From Christensenellaceae bacterium (GTDB lineage: Bacteria; Bacillota; Clostridia; Christensenellales; Borkfalkiaceae), in NCBI GenBank assembly GCA_045542055.1, contig JAZQKH010000021.1, positions 7,963 through 71,962 of the forward strand: a DNA stretch of 64,000 nt. The letters are read 5' to 3'. Position numbers and translations under genes: made by a program. The notes beneath the pieces are model-generated. The model was given only the letters and a program-made list of their open reading frames with translations. It did not search any database and was not told where the DNA came from. Below, in pieces: positions 38,384 through 48,591 of this stretch. Each line of letters opens with the position of its first letter. The stretch's first letter is position 1.

Positions 38384-39388
38384 CTACGCTTCTAAATCAA
38401 GTTGCATTTTAATTAGGGCACAAATATCTCTGTCCACGTAATCAACCGCTTGCAATACGGCGTTCTTAAACGCTTCACGCTTAGAAGAACCGTGCGCTTT
38501 AACAACCGGCTTAGTTACGCCAATGAAAAGTGCGCCACCCTTTTTGTTATAGTCAAGTTTTGATTTAAGTTTTTTGAAGGTCTTTTTCATAAACGTTGCG
38601 CCTATCATACTTGAAAAAGAGCCTTTTATACTATCTTTCAAAGTCTTAAGCACAACGCCTATTGCACCTTCCATTGATTTTAATGCAACGTTACCCGAAA
38701 AACCGTCGGTAACGATAACGTCGTATTCGCCCGATAAGATATCCCTTGCCTCTACGTTGCCAACGAAGTTAATTGTCTTCATTTCTTTAAGAAGGGGGAA
38801 TACTTCGTGGTTAAGTGCGTTGCCCTTTTCATCTTCAGTACCGTTAGAAAGAAGTGCTACCTTTGGGTTCTGCGTGCCCATTGCCTTAGCGTAAGCCGAG
38901 CCCATTAACGCAAACTGAGTTAGGTTAATAGGCTTACAATCGGCGTTTGCACCGCTATCCATTAAAAGCACGTTTTTGCCATCTTTTAAGGTTGGCAATA
39001 TCGGACAAAGTGCGGGGCGATTTACCCCTTGTATTCTGCCGAGTTTCAACGTTGCGCCAACTAAAACCGCACCCGTTGAGCCTGCCGACACGAAAGCAGA
39101 AGTACTATCGTCCGTTTTAAGCGCCTTAAAGGCTACTGAAATTGAACTGTTCGGCTTGGTGCGAATTGCCACGGTCGGCTCTTCTTCACAAGTAATAACG
39201 TCTTCAGCGTGCATAATTTCAACACGGCTTTTATCGTATTTATAATTTACAAGTTGCGCTTCAATTTTTGCTTGGTCACCTACTAGAACGGCAATAAATT
39301 TATCGTTTTGATTAAGTGCGTCAATTGTGCCTGCAACTATTTCTTCGGGTGAATTATCGCCACCGAAAGCGTCGATTAAAATCTTCAT
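38384..39388 (-). CDS. plsX: Phosphate acyltransferase PlsX
   Basis: MKILIDAFGGDNSPEE start and GFSGNVALKSMEG; 334 aa. Confidence 0.9.
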   Translation of the reverse strand: MKILIDAFGGDNSPEEIVAGTIDALNQNDKFIAVLVGDQAKIEAQLVNYKYDKSRVEIMHAEDVITCEEEPTVAIRTKPNSSISVAFKALKTDDSTSAFVSAGSTGAVLVGATLKLGRIQGVNRPALCPILPTLKDGKNVLLMDSGANADCKPINLTQFALMGSAYAKAMGTQNPKVALLSNGTEDEKGNALNHEVFPLLKEMKTINFVGNVEARDILSGEYDVIVTDGFSGNVALKSMEGAIGVVLKTLKDSIKGSFSSMIGATFMKKTFKKLKSKLDYNKKGGALFIGVTKPVVKAHGSSKREAFKNAVLQAVDYVDRDICALIKMQLDLEA

Positions 39389-39402
39389 AAATTTTCCTTA
39401 GT

Positions 39403-40794
39403 TTAGTTTTCTAAAGTACCTACCGTTCTGGGGAAAGGCAACACGTCACGAATATTTGATATGCCCGTTAGATACATAATCATTCTTTCAAAGCCTAAGC
39501 CGAAACCTGAGTGAACTACACCGCCGTACTTTCTTAAATCTAGGTACGATTTATATTCTTCAGGGTTAAGTCCGCACTCGTTCATACGTTTTTCTAACAC
39601 GTCTAAACGTTCTTCCCTTTGAGAGCCACCTATAAGCTCGCCGATACCCGGAACTAAAAGGTCGCTTGCGGCAACCGTTTTACCGTCGTCGTTTAAGCGC
39701 ATATAGAAAGCCTTAATATCTTTTGGATAGTCGGTTAAGAACACCGGTTTTTTGAAAACTTCTTCGGTTATATACCTTTCGTGTTCGCTTTGTAAATCAA
39801 CGCCCCAATATACGGGTGCGTCGAATCTATCTTTAACCTTAGTTAAAATGTCGATTGCTTCGGTATAGGTTAGGCGAACGAAGTCGTTACCCCTAACGTT
39901 GTTAAGTCTATCGATTAAGCCGTTGTCAACGAACTTGTTTAAGAACTCAATTTCTTCCGGACAAGTTTCCATAACGTAGTCAATGATATATTTAACCATT
40001 GCTTCCGCACAGTCCATATCGTCAGAAAGGTCTGCAAAGGCAAGTTCTGGCTCTATCATCCAAAACTCTGCAGCGTGACGCACGGTGTTAGAATGCTCTG
40101 CCCTAAAGGTCGGTCCAAACGTATACACGTTTGCAAATGCCATTGCGAAGTTTTCAACGTCTAATTGACCTGAAACGGTAAGACTTGCTTTTTTACCAAA
40201 AAAGTCTTGCTTATAGTCGGTTGCACCTTCTATCATAGGCACGTTATCTAAATCCAAGGTGGTAACTTGGAACATAGCACCTGCACCTTCGCAGTCACTA
40301 CCCGTTATGATTGGCGTGTGCACGTACACGAAGCCCCTTTGATTGAAGAAGCTATGTATTGCATAGGCTGCTTGGCTTCTAATTTTAAACACTGCGTTAA
40401 AGGTGTTAGTTCTTGGTCGCAAGTGCGGTATACCCCTTAAAAACTCTAAGGTGTGGCGTTTTTTCTGAAGCGGATATTCGGGTGAAGATACGCCAAGCAC
40501 TTCAATTTGGTCTGCGTTTATTTCAAACGGTTGCTTATTTTCGGGGGTTAAAATAACCTTGCCCGTAACTTTAAGGCATGCACCTACGTTTTGGCGGGCA
40601 ACTTCGTCGTAATTACTTACCTTGCTTCTATCGAATACTATTTGGCAATTTTTGAAAAAAGAGCCGTCGTTAAGTTCTATAAAGCCGAAAGATTTACTAT
40701 CCCTAATAGTTTTTGCCCAACCGCAAACAGTAACCGTTTTATCGGCGTAGGCTTGTGTGTTTTTGAAAAATTCTTTAAGTTGAATTCTTTGCAT
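39403..40794 (-). CDS. asnS: Asparagine--tRNA ligase
   Basis: N-terminal OB fold and class IIb motifs ([30 protein letters not shown]); 463 aa. Confidence 0.9.
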   Translation of the reverse strand: MQRIQLKEFFKNTQAYADKTVTVCGWAKTIRDSKSFGFIELNDGSFFKNCQIVFDRSKVSNYDEVARQNVGACLKVTGKVILTPENKQPFEINADQIEVLGVSSPEYPLQKKRHTLEFLRGIPHLRPRTNTFNAVFKIRSQAAYAIHSFFNQRGFVYVHTPIITGSDCEGAGAMFQVTTLDLDNVPMIEGATDYKQDFFGKKASLTVSGQLDVENFAMAFANVYTFGPTFRAEHSNTVRHAAEFWMIEPELAFADLSDDMDCAEAMVKYIIDYVMETCPEEIEFLNKFVDNGLIDRLNNVRGNDFVRLTYTEAIDILTKVKDRFDAPVYWGVDLQSEHERYITEEVFKKPVFLTDYPKDIKAFYMRLNDDGKTVAASDLLVPGIGELIGGSQREERLDVLEKRMNECGLNPEEYKSYLDLRKYGGVVHSGFGLGFERMIMYLTGISNIRDVLPFPRTVGTLEN

Positions 40795-40835
40795 AGATAC
40801 GTCCTACCGTTATTTATTTATAATTATACTTGTAT

Positions 40836-40864
40836 AGTATAACATATAGGCAAACATTTTTCAA
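40836..40864 (-). promoter_or_regulatory. asnS promoter
   Basis: Minus strand reads TTGAAA (40864-40859), a 17-nt spacer, then TATACT (40841-40836). The leader is about 35 nt with AGGA. Confidence 0.5.
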
Positions 40865-40926
40865 GAATTTTACGGCATTTTAGGGGCTATATAGCCAAAT
40901 TTAAAGGCATTTTTTGGGCTTAAATC

Positions 40927-40957
40927 TAAAAAATCCACGCTAAAATTTAGCGTGGAT
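40927..40957 (-). terminator. Terminator of the ABC-transporter gene
   Basis: ATCCACGCTA-aaat-TAGCGTGGAT is a 10-bp stem followed by U6 on the minus strand. Confidence 0.8.
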
Positions 40958-40993
40958 AAGTTTTTATGTTTTTTGCGTGTATAAAATCGGTAG

Positions 40994-43480
40994 TTATTCA
41001 GAGCGTAGTGCAACCACGGGGTCTTTTTTAGACGCTATTCTTGCAGGCACCGTGCCCGAAATTAAGGTTAAACACACGCTTATTAAAGTAAGTATAAGTG
41101 CAGCCAAAATATCAAGGTTAGCAAGCCTACCGACGTCGGGTATAAGAGCGCCCAAAATTAGGTTAATCGGTATTGATAGCAAGTAGGTTGCCCCTACGCC
41201 AATCAAGCCTGCAAATAAGCCTATGATGAAAGTTTCAGCATTAAACACGCTTGAAATTTCACGCTTGGAAGCACCAAGCGAACGAAGAACGCCTATTTCT
41301 TTAGTTCGTTCAACAACCGACGTGTAGGTTATAATACCTATCATAACGCTCGACACAACAAGTGATATTGAAGTAAACGCTATTAAAACGTACGATACTG
41401 CGTTAACCATAGTGCTCATCATACCGAACATATCGCTCATCATATCCGAATAGTGTATGTATTTAGCATCGTCTTCAGAAAGATTATTGTTCCATGCATC
41501 TACGTGCGTTTTAACGGCTTCTTTACTTTCAAAATTCTTAGGATAAATGGTTATTGCAGATGGAGTGGTTACGCCCGCAAGCATACGTGCAGTAAAACCT
41601 TCAAAGCCCATCGTCGAATTGGGGTTGATAACGGCAACGTAGCCGTTTTGAGAGGCTTCCAAGGCGATTTCAGATTGCGTGTTTTGGCTTAAAATATGCC
41701 CTGTTAAAGCAGGGGTATACGCAATTCCCGTGTTAAGTAGTCCGGACACGCCGTCCTTTACCCTTATAATGCCAACGACGTTGATTTTTTCAAGTTCAGT
41801 ATTGTCTTCAGTTATAAGGTTTGGATAGTAGGCATTGCCCGTGTAGTTGGGTATAGACGTGGGCGATTTGGTAAACATCAACTCGTTTTTAGCAAGGTAA
41901 AGTGGATTACTATTTTCGCCCACGAAGGTTTCAAGTGGTAAGCCGTTTTCGGGTAAATTAAAGTTAAAGGTGTTGTTTACTGGGTCGTATTCGCCCGAAA
42001 CGTAGCCAAGTAGCATTGCGGTAATATCTGCCACGCCGTTGAATTGGTCTACGACTAAAACCACTTGATTATAGTCCGTTTGATTAAAGGTAGGCCAGTC
42101 GCCGTAAAGCAGGTCGTACTGCTCTTGAATAAGCGTTTTATCGGGCATTTCTTGGAACGTTGGTATCATATCCGCAACCATTGAAGTTGTCATACCAGAC
42201 ATCGCTTGGTTAAGTTTGCCTTCAAACGCCTTGCCTATAACGTCGGTAACGTCGTCAACCGAAGAAAAACTTTGCGTACCGTTTACGGTGGTTTTAACGT
42301 ATAAATAGTCGTTCATATTAAAGCCGTAATCGTAATTTATGGCGTAATAATGCTCACTATCTAAACTGTTTAAGTGGTGCAAAAAGCCTTGGTCGGTCGT
42401 ATCTGATAAATCGTTACTTTTTAGCATGCCCACCAAATTCTTAAACGCTTCGTGCACGAACACGTTATCAAGTTCGGGGTATTTATCTTTTAGTTCGGTT
42501 TCGTAAACTTCAGTAAATGAAGAAAAGTCGACAGAGTTTTCCGATATAGTTACGGGGTAAGACGCCAACGAGTCGGTTTGAATTCTTGCCATATAAGCGT
42601 TAAAGCCGTTTGAAAGGGCTAAAACTAACGCCACACCCGTTATGCCGATGCTACCCGCAATTGAAGTTAACACCGTCCTTGCACGTTTAGAAAACAAGTT
42701 TTTAAGCGATAGCAAGAAGGCGGTTTTTAAGCCCATTTTTGGCTTTCGGTTTTGGCGTGGGCTATCTACCCTGCCTTCTTTTAAGGGGTTAGTGTCGTTT
42801 ACCGTTAAACCGTCCACTAGTTTTATTATACGTGTTGAATATTTTTCGGCAAGGTCTGGATTGTGGGTTACCATAATAACTAATCTATCTTTGGCAATCT
42901 CTTTTAGCAAATCCATAACTTGAACGCTCGTTTCGGTATCAAGTGCACCCGTAGGCTCGTCGGCAAGTATAATTTCGGGGTCGTTTATAAGCGCACGGGC
43001 GATTGCCACCCTTTGCATTTGGCCACCGGATAATTGATTGGGCTTTTTGTTCTCCAACCCCTTTAAGCCAACCTTTTCTAAAATAGCAAGCGCCTTTTTG
43101 GTTCTTTCACGCTTGCTTACGCCAGAAAGTTCTAAGGCAAGTTCTACGTTGCCTATTACCGTTTGGTGCGGAATTAGATTATACGATTGAAACACGAAGC
43201 CTATACTGTTGTTTCGGTAAGCGTCCCAATCTTTATCGTTATAATTTTTAGTCGACTTGCCTTCAATAATAAGGTCGCCGTCGGTATATCTATCTAAACC
43301 ACCAACGATATTCAAAAGGGTGGTTTTACCACAACCTGACGGACCTAAAATAGACACGAATTCGTTCTTGCGAAAGTTTAAGTTTATGCCTTTTAATGCG
43401 TGAACTTGGTTTTCGCCCGTGCCGTATATTTTTGTTATACCCTTTAACTGAAGGGCTAAAGCGTCGGAATTATTTTTCAT
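40994..43480 (-). CDS. Fused ABC transporter ATPase + FtsX-type permease (MacB-like)
   Basis: N-terminal GPSGCGKTT, LSGGQMQRVAIARAL and ILADEPTGALD. A large extracytoplasmic domain lies between TM1 and TM2, with an FtsX-like C-terminal 3-TM bundle; 828 aa. Confidence 0.85.
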   Translation of the reverse strand: MKNNSDALALQLKGITKIYGTGENQVHALKGINLNFRKNEFVSILGPSGCGKTTLLNIVGGLDRYTDGDLIIEGKSTKNYNDKDWDAYRNNSIGFVFQSYNLIPHQTVIGNVELALELSGVSKRERTKKALAILEKVGLKGLENKKPNQLSGGQMQRVAIARALINDPEIILADEPTGALDTETSVQVMDLLKEIAKDRLVIMVTHNPDLAEKYSTRIIKLVDGLTVNDTNPLKEGRVDSPRQNRKPKMGLKTAFLLSLKNLFSKRARTVLTSIAGSIGITGVALVLALSNGFNAYMARIQTDSLASYPVTISENSVDFSSFTEVYETELKDKYPELDNVFVHEAFKNLVGMLKSNDLSDTTDQGFLHHLNSLDSEHYYAINYDYGFNMNDYLYVKTTVNGTQSFSSVDDVTDVIGKAFEGKLNQAMSGMTTSMVADMIPTFQEMPDKTLIQEQYDLLYGDWPTFNQTDYNQVVLVVDQFNGVADITAMLLGYVSGEYDPVNNTFNFNLPENGLPLETFVGENSNPLYLAKNELMFTKSPTSIPNYTGNAYYPNLITEDNTELEKINVVGIIRVKDGVSGLLNTGIAYTPALTGHILSQNTQSEIALEASQNGYVAVINPNSTMGFEGFTARMLAGVTTPSAITIYPKNFESKEAVKTHVDAWNNNLSEDDAKYIHYSDMMSDMFGMMSTMVNAVSYVLIAFTSISLVVSSVMIGIITYTSVVERTKEIGVLRSLGASKREISSVFNAETFIIGLFAGLIGVGATYLLSIPINLILGALIPDVGRLANLDILAALILTLISVCLTLISGTVPARIASKKDPVVALRSE

Positions 43481-43585
43481 GCTTTTCTCCTTTTAACTCA
43501 AGAATTATACTACGCTTTAGTTAAAAAAACCTTGAAGAATTACCTTAACAAATATATTCTTTAATCTTTAGTAAGTTTACTTTTA

Positions 43586-45457
43586 TTATATCAACTCTGC
43601 GCTGGCTTTGACGAATTCACCCGCATCATCTAAGGGCAATCCTTCTAAAATACACGCCTGCCCGTATAAAACGGTTGCGTAGTTTTTCATCTTTTCTTCG
43701 CTATCCATAGCGTTCTTAAGGCTTTCAAGCACGGGGTGATTTGCACTGATTTCCAAAATCCTTTCAGCCTTAGCACTGCCGTCGGAGTTGGGCATTGAGT
43801 TAAGCACCTTTTCCATCTCAAACGACAATTCGCCACCCGCAATTATACATACGGGGTAGGTTTTAAGGTTGGCGGTAAGCCTTACTTCCTTTACCTTATC
43901 GCCTAAAAGTTCTTTAAGTTTTTCTAATATCGGTTTATTCTCTTGGGTCTTTTGTTCAAGTTCGGTCTTTTCACTATCACTATTTAAGTTGAAGTCGGCT
44001 TCAGATATAGACTTAAACTTCTTGCCGTCCCACTCGCCCATAAGTTTTATTATAAACTCGTCTACACCGTCCTTAAAGAAAAGTATATCGACGTTCTTAT
44101 CGCCCGCCTTTTCAATTTGCGGAAGGCTTGCTATTTTATCGTAACTTTCGCCACAGGCGTAATAGATTTCAGTTTGGTCGTCAGCCATAGCCTTAACGTA
44201 GTCGGCTAAACTTATTAGTTTATCTTGCTTTAGCGAATAAAACATTAAAAGGTCTTTAAGTTTTTCCATATTAGCGCCAAAAGCCGAGTATGCGCCGAAC
44301 TTTATAGAAAGCCCCACTTCAGCAAATAGTTTTGCATAACTTTCGGGGTCGGTTTCCATCATCTTTTTTAGTTCGGAAATAGCCTTCTTTTCAATGCCGT
44401 TTGCGATGGCTTTTACTTGTCTACTTTGTTGCAGTATTTCTCTTGAAATATTAAGGCTTAAATCACTTGAATCAACAATGCCACGCACGAAGCCAAGCCA
44501 ATCGGGCAGTAGTTCTTCACATTTATCCATAATCATTACGCCGTTGCAGTATAATTTTAAGCCTTTTTTAAAGTCTTTTGTATAGTAATCAAAAGACACT
44601 TTTTCAGGGAAGAATAGAAGCGTATCGTACGTAACCGCACCTTCGATTTTAGCGTAAACCGATTTAAGCGGGGCGTTAAAATCATGGAATTCCGATTTGT
44701 AAAATTCAGCAAGTTGTTCGTCGGTTACTTGTGCCTTTGGTTTTTTCCATAAAGGCACCATACTGTTAAGGGTGGTAAGTTCGGTAACGTGGTCGTATTC
44801 GGGTTTGTCTGAAGTGCTACCATCTTTTAATACCGAACGGGTCATATTCATTTGAATCGGATAGCGAATATAGTCCGAATACCTTTTTATAAGTGAAGAT
44901 ATTTTATATTGTTCCAAAAATTCTGAATACTTATAGTCTTCGCCGTCGTCTTTTAGATACAGGGTAATCTTAGTGCCTACCCCGTCTTTCTCCGCAGAAG
45001 TTATAGTATATCCATCTGCGCCTTTACTTTCCCATAGGTAAGCCGTTTCACTGCCGTAAGCCTTGGTAAGAACTTCAACCTTATCGGCAACCATAAACGC
45101 CGAATAAAAACCAACGCCGAACTGACCGATTAGTTCTTCATCCGTCTTGCCGTCGTTTTGCTTCTTAAAGGCTAAAGTTCCAGATTCAGCGATAGTACCA
45201 AGGTTTTTTTCTAAATCTTTATCGGTCATACCAATACCGTTATCTTCAATACAAAGCGTTCTTGCAGTTTTATCGGCACTAATATAAATATTAAAATCTT
45301 GCACTGCCTTACCGTCGGTAAGCGATATAAACTTTAATTTGTCAATAGCGTCTGATGCGTTGGATATAAGTTCCCTTAAAAATATCTCCTTATTAGTATA
45401 AATAGAGTTAACCATAAGGTCTAAAATTCTTTTTGATTCGGTTTTGAATTGTTTCAT
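43586..45457 (-). CDS. htpG: Chaperone HtpG (Hsp90)
   Basis: It has FLRELISNASDAIDK and GQFGVGFYSAFMVADKV. Start moved to Met10 of the ORF-track entry because GGGAG lies 7 nt upstream. Confidence 0.95.
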   Translation of the reverse strand: MKQFKTESKRILDLMVNSIYTNKEIFLRELISNASDAIDKLKFISLTDGKAVQDFNIYISADKTARTLCIEDNGIGMTDKDLEKNLGTIAESGTLAFKKQNDGKTDEELIGQFGVGFYSAFMVADKVEVLTKAYGSETAYLWESKGADGYTITSAEKDGVGTKITLYLKDDGEDYKYSEFLEQYKISSLIKRYSDYIRYPIQMNMTRSVLKDGSTSDKPEYDHVTELTTLNSMVPLWKKPKAQVTDEQLAEFYKSEFHDFNAPLKSVYAKIEGAVTYDTLLFFPEKVSFDYYTKDFKKGLKLYCNGVMIMDKCEELLPDWLGFVRGIVDSSDLSLNISREILQQSRQVKAIANGIEKKAISELKKMMETDPESYAKLFAEVGLSIKFGAYSAFGANMEKLKDLLMFYSLKQDKLISLADYVKAMADDQTEIYYACGESYDKIASLPQIEKAGDKNVDILFFKDGVDEFIIKLMGEWDGKKFKSISEADFNLNSDSEKTELEQKTQENKPILEKLKELLGDKVKEVRLTANLKTYPVCIIAGGELSFEMEKVLNSMPNSDGSAKAERILEISANHPVLESLKNAMDSEEKMKNYATVLYGQACILEGLPLDDAGEFVKASAELI

Positions 45458-45477
45458 TTTTAAGCTCCCGTAAAATA

Positions 45478-45504
45478 TTAGCACTCTAAAGGTTTAAGTG
45501 CTAA
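45478..45504. promoter_or_regulatory. CIRCE (HrcA operator) upstream of htpG
   Basis: TTAGCACTC-taaaggttt-AAGTGCTAA has one mismatch to TTAGCACTC-N9-GAGTGCTAA. It starts 5 nt downstream of the -10. Confidence 0.8.
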
Positions 45505-45509
45505 ATATA

Positions 45510-45537
45510 ATTATACGCTACGGTATAAATTTGTCAA
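45510..45537 (-). promoter_or_regulatory. htpG promoter
   Basis: Minus strand reads TTGACA (45537-45532), a 16-nt spacer, then TATAAT (45515-45510). Confidence 0.6.
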
Positions 45538-45771
45538 CTGTTTTTTAGTCGAATTATGACGTTTTTATCTTGAAAAAAGGAATAATTTTTTTTAATATTA
45601 AAGGCGCCGTGAAAAATCACAGCGCAATTTTTATTTTTTATTTGAAGTTAAATCCACGAATAGCCATACGAAAGATAAGCAGTATATCAAAAAACCGATA
45701 CACTCAAGTATAAACAATAAAAACCTACCTATCTTTTTTAGAACTTTCATTTTTATTAATACTTTTTTTTA

Positions 45772-46839
45772 TTAAGAGTTTACAACACCGTTGCCGTCGT
45801 AGTGAAGCATAGCGGTACCGTTCATATACAAGCCTTCGGTATCCTTGCTTGTCCAATCGGTTCTGCCGTATTCCCTACCTTCCACCTTAACCATATTAAG
45901 ATATGCAGAGTTAGAAACTAAAATATCGTTGCCAACTTCTGGAATTTGAATCTTGCCGTTGCCCAATAAACCGAACACGCAACCTGCGATGTTTTGTTCT
46001 TCACTATTTATAGCGTAGCAATTGTTGCCACTAAACGTCCAATCGGTAACCGTAAGGCTAATTGAATATTCGGGCTTTGCACTCAAGCAAGAAGTTGCTC
46101 TGCCTGCCAAACCGCCAACGTAACCCGTGCCGTTAATTGTGTTGTTAGTAATAACGGGTGCAGTAACGGTAATTACGAGCCTATCAGAAGAATCATAGGT
46201 GTGTGCAGTTCCGTATAAAGCACCAGCAGAAGCCGAACCGTTTATAGTGCAATTGTTAACGCCACAGTTAATAAATTTAACTTCGTTAGTGCCGTCGATA
46301 AAACCTGCAAACGCACCTGCGTTGGTAGCGGTAAAGGATGAATTTTCAATGGTGATATTCTTTACGGTAAGTTTTGTTGATACTTGACCAAACAAGCCAC
46401 CTTCAGAATAGGCAGTTGAAGTAACGTTTTTAATCTTAACGCCACCTTCAGCACCGGTAAATTCATAAACTTTTCTGGTATCGTCAACTTCTATATCGAT
46501 AGGAGTCCAAGATAAACCGGTCATATCAATATCGTTTAAGATAGCGATTTTATAACAGTAATGGTCGCCTTCGTTAATGTATCTTGAAATAGCCATAAGT
46601 TGGTCTGCAGTGGTAACTTCCATAGCAGTTTTAGTGCTCGTTTCACCACAAGAACATTTTAAGGTTTTAGGAAAGCGTTCTAAAACGCCGTCGAAGTATT
46701 CGGTAACCGTAGTGTATTCGTGAGTATGAGGTGGTGGATTGTTGCCACCGTTATCTGGGTCGCCACCACAAGCGGTAAGAGCAAACGCAGACACGCAAGC
46801 AAGCATTAAACAGGTTAATAATTTTATTAATTTTTTCAT
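45772..46839 (-). CDS. Lipoprotein with GLUG-type (beta-helix-like) glycine repeats, function unknown
   Basis: Signal peptide with lipobox LTAC-GG. Repeats are spaced about 25-30 aa apart: GGLFG, GAFAGF, GALYG, GGLAG, GCVFG. Confidence 0.6.
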   Translation of the reverse strand: MKKLIKLLTCLMLACVSAFALTACGGDPDNGGNNPPPHTHEYTTVTEYFDGVLERFPKTLKCSCGETSTKTAMEVTTADQLMAISRYINEGDHYCYKIAILNDIDMTGLSWTPIDIEVDDTRKVYEFTGAEGGVKIKNVTSTAYSEGGLFGQVSTKLTVKNITIENSSFTATNAGAFAGFIDGTNEVKFINCGVNNCTINGSASAGALYGTAHTYDSSDRLVITVTAPVITNNTINGTGYVGGLAGRATSCLSAKPEYSISLTVTDWTFSGNNCYAINSEEQNIAGCVFGLLGNGKIQIPEVGNDILVSNSAYLNMVKVEGREYGRTDWTSKDTEGLYMNGTAMLHYDGNGVVNS

Positions 46840-46910
46840 ATAAGTCTCCCTTTATTTTTCTACTGAATATAATAACATATATCAACTCGTTTTGTAAATA
46901 CTTTTTAAAA

Positions 46911-46965
46911 AATATTTTCCCCCTGCTTATGAGAATTTTTTACCATTTCGCAAGGGGAAAATATT
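46911..46965 (-). terminator. Probable hsp20 terminator (long-loop hairpin)
   Basis: 16-nt arms AATATTTTCCCCCTGC / GCAAGGGGAAAATATT with one mismatch and a 23-nt loop. U6 follows on the minus strand. Confidence 0.5.
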
Positions 46966-47036
46966 TTAGAAGGAAAAAGAAAAATTATTGAAAAGACTTT
47001 ACGTCTTGCTGTCTATAAGGCTATTTTTTAAGTTTA

Positions 47037-47456
47037 CTAATCTATCTGAATAGTCTTTTTTTGTGGTAGTTGCTTTTCCTTTTTAGGAACGGTTAAATGC
47101 AAAACACCGCCGTCGTATTTGGCTTTGATATCTTCTTCTGTTATTGCGTCGCCCACGTAAAAGGTGCGTTTACAGTTGCAAATACGCTCCCTTTTAAGAT
47201 ACTTGTCTTGTTCAGACTGCTCTGTTTTGGCAGATACCGTTAAATATCCGTTGTCAAGAGTAAGGCTTATATCTTTTTTATCAAAGCCAGGCATATCAAC
47301 GGCAAGTTGATAGCCGTCATCCGTTTGCTTTATATCGGTACGCATATAATTGTTATGCCCCGTAAAAAACATTGGGGTAAAAAAATTATCAAAAGCGTCG
47401 TCAAAAAAGTTCAAGCCCCAGTTATCATCGTTTCTTCTACTTAAAAAGTTTTTCAT
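47037..47456 (-). CDS. Hsp20/alpha-crystallin-family small heat-shock protein
   Basis: It has the alpha-crystallin core DIKQTDDGYQLAVDMPGFDKKDISL...GVLHLTVPK; 139 aa. Confidence 0.9.
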   Translation of the reverse strand: MKNFLSRRNDDNWGLNFFDDAFDNFFTPMFFTGHNNYMRTDIKQTDDGYQLAVDMPGFDKKDISLTLDNGYLTVSAKTEQSEQDKYLKRERICNCKRTFYVGDAITEEDIKAKYDGGVLHLTVPKKEKQLPQKKTIQID

Positions 47457-47504
47457 TTTTATATCTCCTTTTTTTGAATTTTTAGCAGTTTATTGTTTTG
47501 ATTG

Positions 47505-47531
47505 TTAGCACTCTCAACACCCAAGTGCTAA
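47505..47531. promoter_or_regulatory. CIRCE (HrcA operator) upstream of hsp20
   Basis: TTAGCACTC-tcaacaccc-AAGTGCTAA is the same one-mismatch variant as at htpG. TTGACA lies about 25 nt upstream on the minus strand. Confidence 0.8.
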
Positions 47532-47608
47532 TTATAATTTACCACTACTGTTTTGCTTTGTCAAGCGTTTTATGAAAATTTTTTTGTTTTTTTTATAATT
47601 TTTTTTAC

Positions 47609-47634
47609 AAAAAAAGAAAGCCCTTGGGCTTTCT
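47609..47634 (-). terminator. Terminator after the trkA-trkH-ATP-grasp operon
   Basis: AGAAAGCCC-tt-GGGCTTTCT followed by U7 on the minus strand. Confidence 0.8.
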
Positions 47635-47680
47635 GATTATTGACTTTTATTTAGTTTTTATACCCTATTTATTTTTCGGA

Positions 47681-48583
47681 CTATTTTGCAAGGCTTTTTA
47701 ACACGTACTCACAATATAATTTTGCGACGTTTACGCCCGATATTTTTTCCAATTCTTCAAAAAAAGCGTTAGAGTTGACTTCGCAAACGACTGGGTTACC
47801 TAAATCGTCGGTCAATAGGTCAACCCCACAATACTCCATTTTTAAGTGCTTAGCCGTTCGCTCTGCGCACTCTATAAAACTTTTATATTCGGGGTCGGTA
47901 AGTTCTATCTTTTCACCCTTACCGCCTTGCCCCACGTTTGAACGGAAATCGTTCGGGTTAGTTCGCTTCATACACGCCACCGCCCTACCGCCGAGAACGA
48001 CCACACGTATATCCGTACCGAAATTCTTACCCAAATATTGCTGGTAAATATGCGGAACGGTTTTAAGTTGGTTAATTAAATCTATTAGACTCTTTCTATC
48101 GTCTGCTTTATACACCCCGTTACCCATAGAGCCGTACGCTCTTTTAACTATTACGGGATAGCCAAGTTCAGACTCTATCCTATCGATAAGGTTAGGTAAA
48201 ACGGGCAAATCTTGATGATAGCACACGGGCGCAAACAAAGTCTTTGGCATATTTACACCGCTACCCGCAAGTGCTATGCACGTTTGCCCTTTATCGTCGC
48301 AATCGGCAATCTGCTTAGCGGGGTTAAACATCTTTATACCCTTATTTTGTATGATTTGAGCAAGGTATTTATCTTTATCCAAAAATATTACGAAGTTGGT
48401 ATCGTCAAAGTCTAACGAAAGTTGGTCGCCAACGACTGCAGTTTTTAAGTAGCCGTCGTAACAGATTTGCACGCTTACGTTAAGCCTATCAAATTCATGC
48501 ACAAGCCTTTGTGCTTGCTTTATATTTTGCCCCGGACATTTATATGGGTTAACTATTATTTTGCCTTTTATTTTGCCGTTCAT
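47681..48583 (-). CDS. RimK-family ATP-grasp ligase
   Basis: ATP-grasp features: GYPVIVKRAYGSMGNGV, IYQQYL..GTDIRVVVLGG and GVDLL...VCEVNSN. Start set at Met10, which lies 9 nt after the trkH stop. Confidence 0.7.
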   Translation of the reverse strand: MNGKIKGKIIVNPYKCPGQNIKQAQRLVHEFDRLNVSVQICYDGYLKTAVVGDQLSLDFDDTNFVIFLDKDKYLAQIIQNKGIKMFNPAKQIADCDDKGQTCIALAGSGVNMPKTLFAPVCYHQDLPVLPNLIDRIESELGYPVIVKRAYGSMGNGVYKADDRKSLIDLINQLKTVPHIYQQYLGKNFGTDIRVVVLGGRAVACMKRTNPNDFRSNVGQGGKGEKIELTDPEYKSFIECAERTAKHLKMEYCGVDLLTDDLGNPVVCEVNSNAFFEELEKISGVNVAKLYCEYVLKSLAK

Positions 48584-48591
48584 TTTATTCC

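Noticed and set aside
38372-38384. plsX is followed directly by rnc, with no fabD-fabG-acpP between them as in Bacillus. This might indicate loss of type II fatty-acid synthesis.
   Set aside because: This is only gene-order variation. The fab and acp genes may lie elsewhere in the genome, and absence cannot be inferred from one window.
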